Of a DNA stretch of 64,000 bases, positions 61,094-64,000 are shown piece after piece (position 1 is the first letter of the stretch; each line of letters begins with the position of its first letter). The stretch is from Felis catus (Eukaryota): assembly GCF_018350175.1 (NCBI RefSeq), contig NC_058368.1, positions 193,442,001 through 193,506,000 on the forward strand, given 5' to 3'. The notes below the pieces were generated by a model that was given only the letters and a program-made list of their open reading frames with translations, was not told the origin of the DNA and ran no database searches. Made by a program: the position numbers and the translations under genes.

Positions 61094-62633
61094 TAAAGTT
61101 AGAAAGGGAAAAATTTCAAGCAGCCACCAAGTGCTAGTCTTTCTCATGGCCCCTTCCCTACAGTGGTTCACATAATCACTCCAGCAAACCTAGGGAGTAG
61201 CATTACTACAGTCCGCTTTGCAGATGAGGAAACTGAGGCTCTTAGTGTAGAGTCCTGATGGGCCTGGGCCCAGAGCAGATGCCAACTATGTCGGTCCAAA
61301 GCAGCTGATCTTTCTGCTTTGCTGCACTGTGTGTACATTTCACCCTCTCTGTGTTTCAGTGTGATCTGATCCTAGGCAGGTAAGATGTGTTATAGATTAA
61401 GAAAGCATGTGAAAGGTCCTTTTAATATGCTCAACATACTGGGTTATAGGCACACAAACTTAAGCAAAATGTATCATCTGCAATAATAACATTCCTGCTG
61501 AGGTAACTTTGCAGAGTTTCCTTGCATTAGGTTTCAAAGACTAGAAGAAATTTAAAGACATGTCAGGGACTGATAGAAGATGTTAATTTTCAATATTTTC
61601 ATGCAAGTGTGTTCTAAAACAAAAGAAAACATCCCACAATCTACCACCATCATATTTCATAATAGAAAAGGCATTTGAATAGCAGAAAAGAAAAAGCACC
61701 TAATCTCAGAATAAAGGAGTCCCATAAAATATACATTTTGCTTTACCATATTGGCCTCATTTTTCTTATTTGCTGCAGTTACAAAAATATTTCTCCAAAT
61801 TATAATGCAGTGATTTCTCAACATGCCTCCACGGACCAGGGTCTGTGTAGAAGTTTCCCCAATTCTCAAGTCCACTTTTAGGGAGTGACTATGGTATAAT
61901 TTCCAGAACAATTCAGCAGCCATCTTATTGATCCTCTCCATCAGAGGGCAGGAATTATTACCCTCATTGTACAATTAAGGAAATAGACCCAGTAGCAAGT
62001 TTGGAAGCCACGGCTCAAACCCAGACCTGTTGGATGGGACCCAGTCATCTTTTTAGCACATAACAGTCCACTCTTTAATTTCCACAGGACTGGCATTGTT
62101 TTACAGTGCTGAGTGACTGTTGCTAAGTAGCTAATAGGAAAGTGGGCTCCCATCCTGGCCATTCTACACCACGATCACAGCTAACAAAGTTTCATCAGTC
62201 AAAGTGCCAGTTGTGTACCTAAAAAGACTTCTCCATTTACTGAGCTGAGTATTTTCCAACCAGACCAGCAAAGGCAGGGATGGCATCTAGAGAATTCCAA
62301 GCCTGGTTCTTTCAGTTAGCCGGGAGAGAGGGTCATGGTGGTTTGGATTCCAGCTACAGTGATAACCATGAATGCTTGATTTATAAAATGCCGATGACAG
62401 GTTTCCACACTTCTCCTTTTGATAAAACCCGCTTCGGGTTCGAGGAAAGGATGGATGGAAATTACCCTTCTCTCCCGAGCCTTTCCTTCCATTGGAGGGA
62501 AAGCCACCTGGAGTTGATTGTGAACAACCCGACCTGATTGTGAACAACAAGGAATACTATGTAGAGCCCATCTAGGTCCTCCCACTGAAGTATCAAAGGG
62601 AACCTAGCACTCGGTCAGTGAAAAGAACTAGAC

Positions 62634-62859
62634 TAGGGTTTCTCAACCTCAGCACTACTGACATTTTGGACCAGATAATTCTTTGTTGTAGGGGTTCGTC
62701 CTGTACATATAGGACAGTTAGCAGCACCTGTTCCTCCTACTAAGATGCCAGTAGTCTCTTCCCTCCCCCAAGTTGTGACCATCAAAAATGTCTCATACAT
62801 TGCCATGTGTCCCCTGGGGAGGGGAAGAAGGCAAAATCACCCCCAGTCGAGGACCACTG
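62634..62859 (-). mobile_element. MER20, full length
   Basis: AGGGTTTCTCAACCTCAGCACTACTGACATTTTGG...GGCAAAATCACCCCCAGTCGAGGACCACTG; flanks AACTAGAC / CACTAAAC. Confidence 0.9.
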
Positions 62860-63624
62860 CACTAAACTGAAAAGAAAGAAGGAGAAAGTAAATCATTTTG
62901 GCAACTGGCTAAGTGGACTCTTTGGTAAGCATTGTGTACACTTCTAATAAACTGCTAAGCTCTGGAATTCAATAGGTGATGTATGTCCCATGGGCTGAAC
63001 CTCAGTTAAGTAAATAGTCGAATCCTTGAGAGAGCCGAAACTGACATCACTAAGACCCAATGTGTCTGTTCACTATTTACCCAAGAAGAGCCTTGCCAAA
63101 AGATAGCAAATATTTTCCCGGGACTTCTATCAACTGCCAGATGGGTTTATGGGTGATCTTTGGCTTTGAGGACAATGCTATCCTCTGGAGACCTCTAGAA
63201 TCTTACTATTACGGGTCCACTGGAGATACAATTAAGATTTTTTTTTTTATATAAATCAACAAAGGTTGTTGGCCACCAGTGTACAGAACCCTGACCAAGA
63301 TGCTAAACAGAAGGCCCTGGGCATGAAGAGAAAATCAAATATCATCAGAGAACCCTTCCCTAAGGAATTGTTGCCATATTCACTTCAAACCCAGTACCAT
63401 TTAGAAAAGCACACGCTATACCAACAAAGTGGACACAGATTAATCCAGTTCTAATGAATTGATATTTTTTTAGGAATATTCTGAATTAAATGAATTAGCT
63501 ATGCAGGGAGGCTGCTCCAGAAAAGACCATCCCTTTTATATGTGTTACCTTGCAGAATCTATCCGGAAGGACTTGTACTCAGTCAAGAAGGGCACTTCCT
63601 AGACAAGGTCTCCCAGAGCATAAC

Positions 63625-63785
63625 CTGTAGACCCCAGGATCACCTTCATTTAGGAAGTTTGTTATAATGCATGTTTTTAGACTCTATGTCAGTAATTCTG
63701 ATTCATTAAATGTAGATTCCAACAGTCGGCATTTTAAATAACCTCCCTTGCTTCTTCTGCATACTTAAGTTGGAGAATTGTTGAG
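63625..63785. mobile_element. MER5-like fragment
   Basis: AATTCTGATTCATT...GGCATTTTAAATAACCTCCC...CATACTTAAGTTGGAGAA. Confidence 0.5.
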
Positions 63786-64000
63786 TAAGACTTCCTTCTC
63801 AAAGAGCATTTAATTTCCAAGGTTCCTGTCTTCATAGGACTTATGGTTGTTGGAGACAACTAGCTTGTGGTAAGGGTTGCTGGTGATTAATAATCATTCA
63901 TTCAACAAATACTCACTGAACTGCCCATTACATGCCAGATTGTGTTCTAGGAAAACAGGGAATCAGCAATTATGGTAAGAGTCATCTGCTATATGCTGAG

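Overview
Mammalian non-coding genomic DNA, almost certainly from a felid: it carries 13 carnivore tRNA-derived CAN-SINEs of cat-like (SINEC_Fc) type and a cat-like L1 3' end. I find no recognisable protein-coding gene, RNA gene, CpG island or CRISPR array. The listed ORFs are repeat-derived or chance. The window looks like a large intron or intergenic tract rich in ancient repeats (MIR, L2, hAT-Charlie MER5/MER20/MER58/MER102, MaLR LTRs, old L1) with younger SINEs and microsatellites on top. The most interesting observations are: (1) an LTR-internal-LTR MLT1A0-type MaLR provirus; (2) a very old CR1/L3 reverse-transcriptase fossil, visible only on translation; (3) a SINE inserted inverted into another SINE's tail; (4) a SINE with a split tail suggesting Pol III read-through and 3' transduction; (5) two apparent poly(A)-only retroinsertions with target-site duplications (TSDs); (6) a self-complementary CpG-rich (TATACG)9 repeat; (7) a few candidate exons and enhancer-like motif clusters in unique sequence. 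I cannot support a novel multi-component biological system here. Repeat family names come from recalled consensus sequences, not a database search, and boundaries of old elements are approximate.
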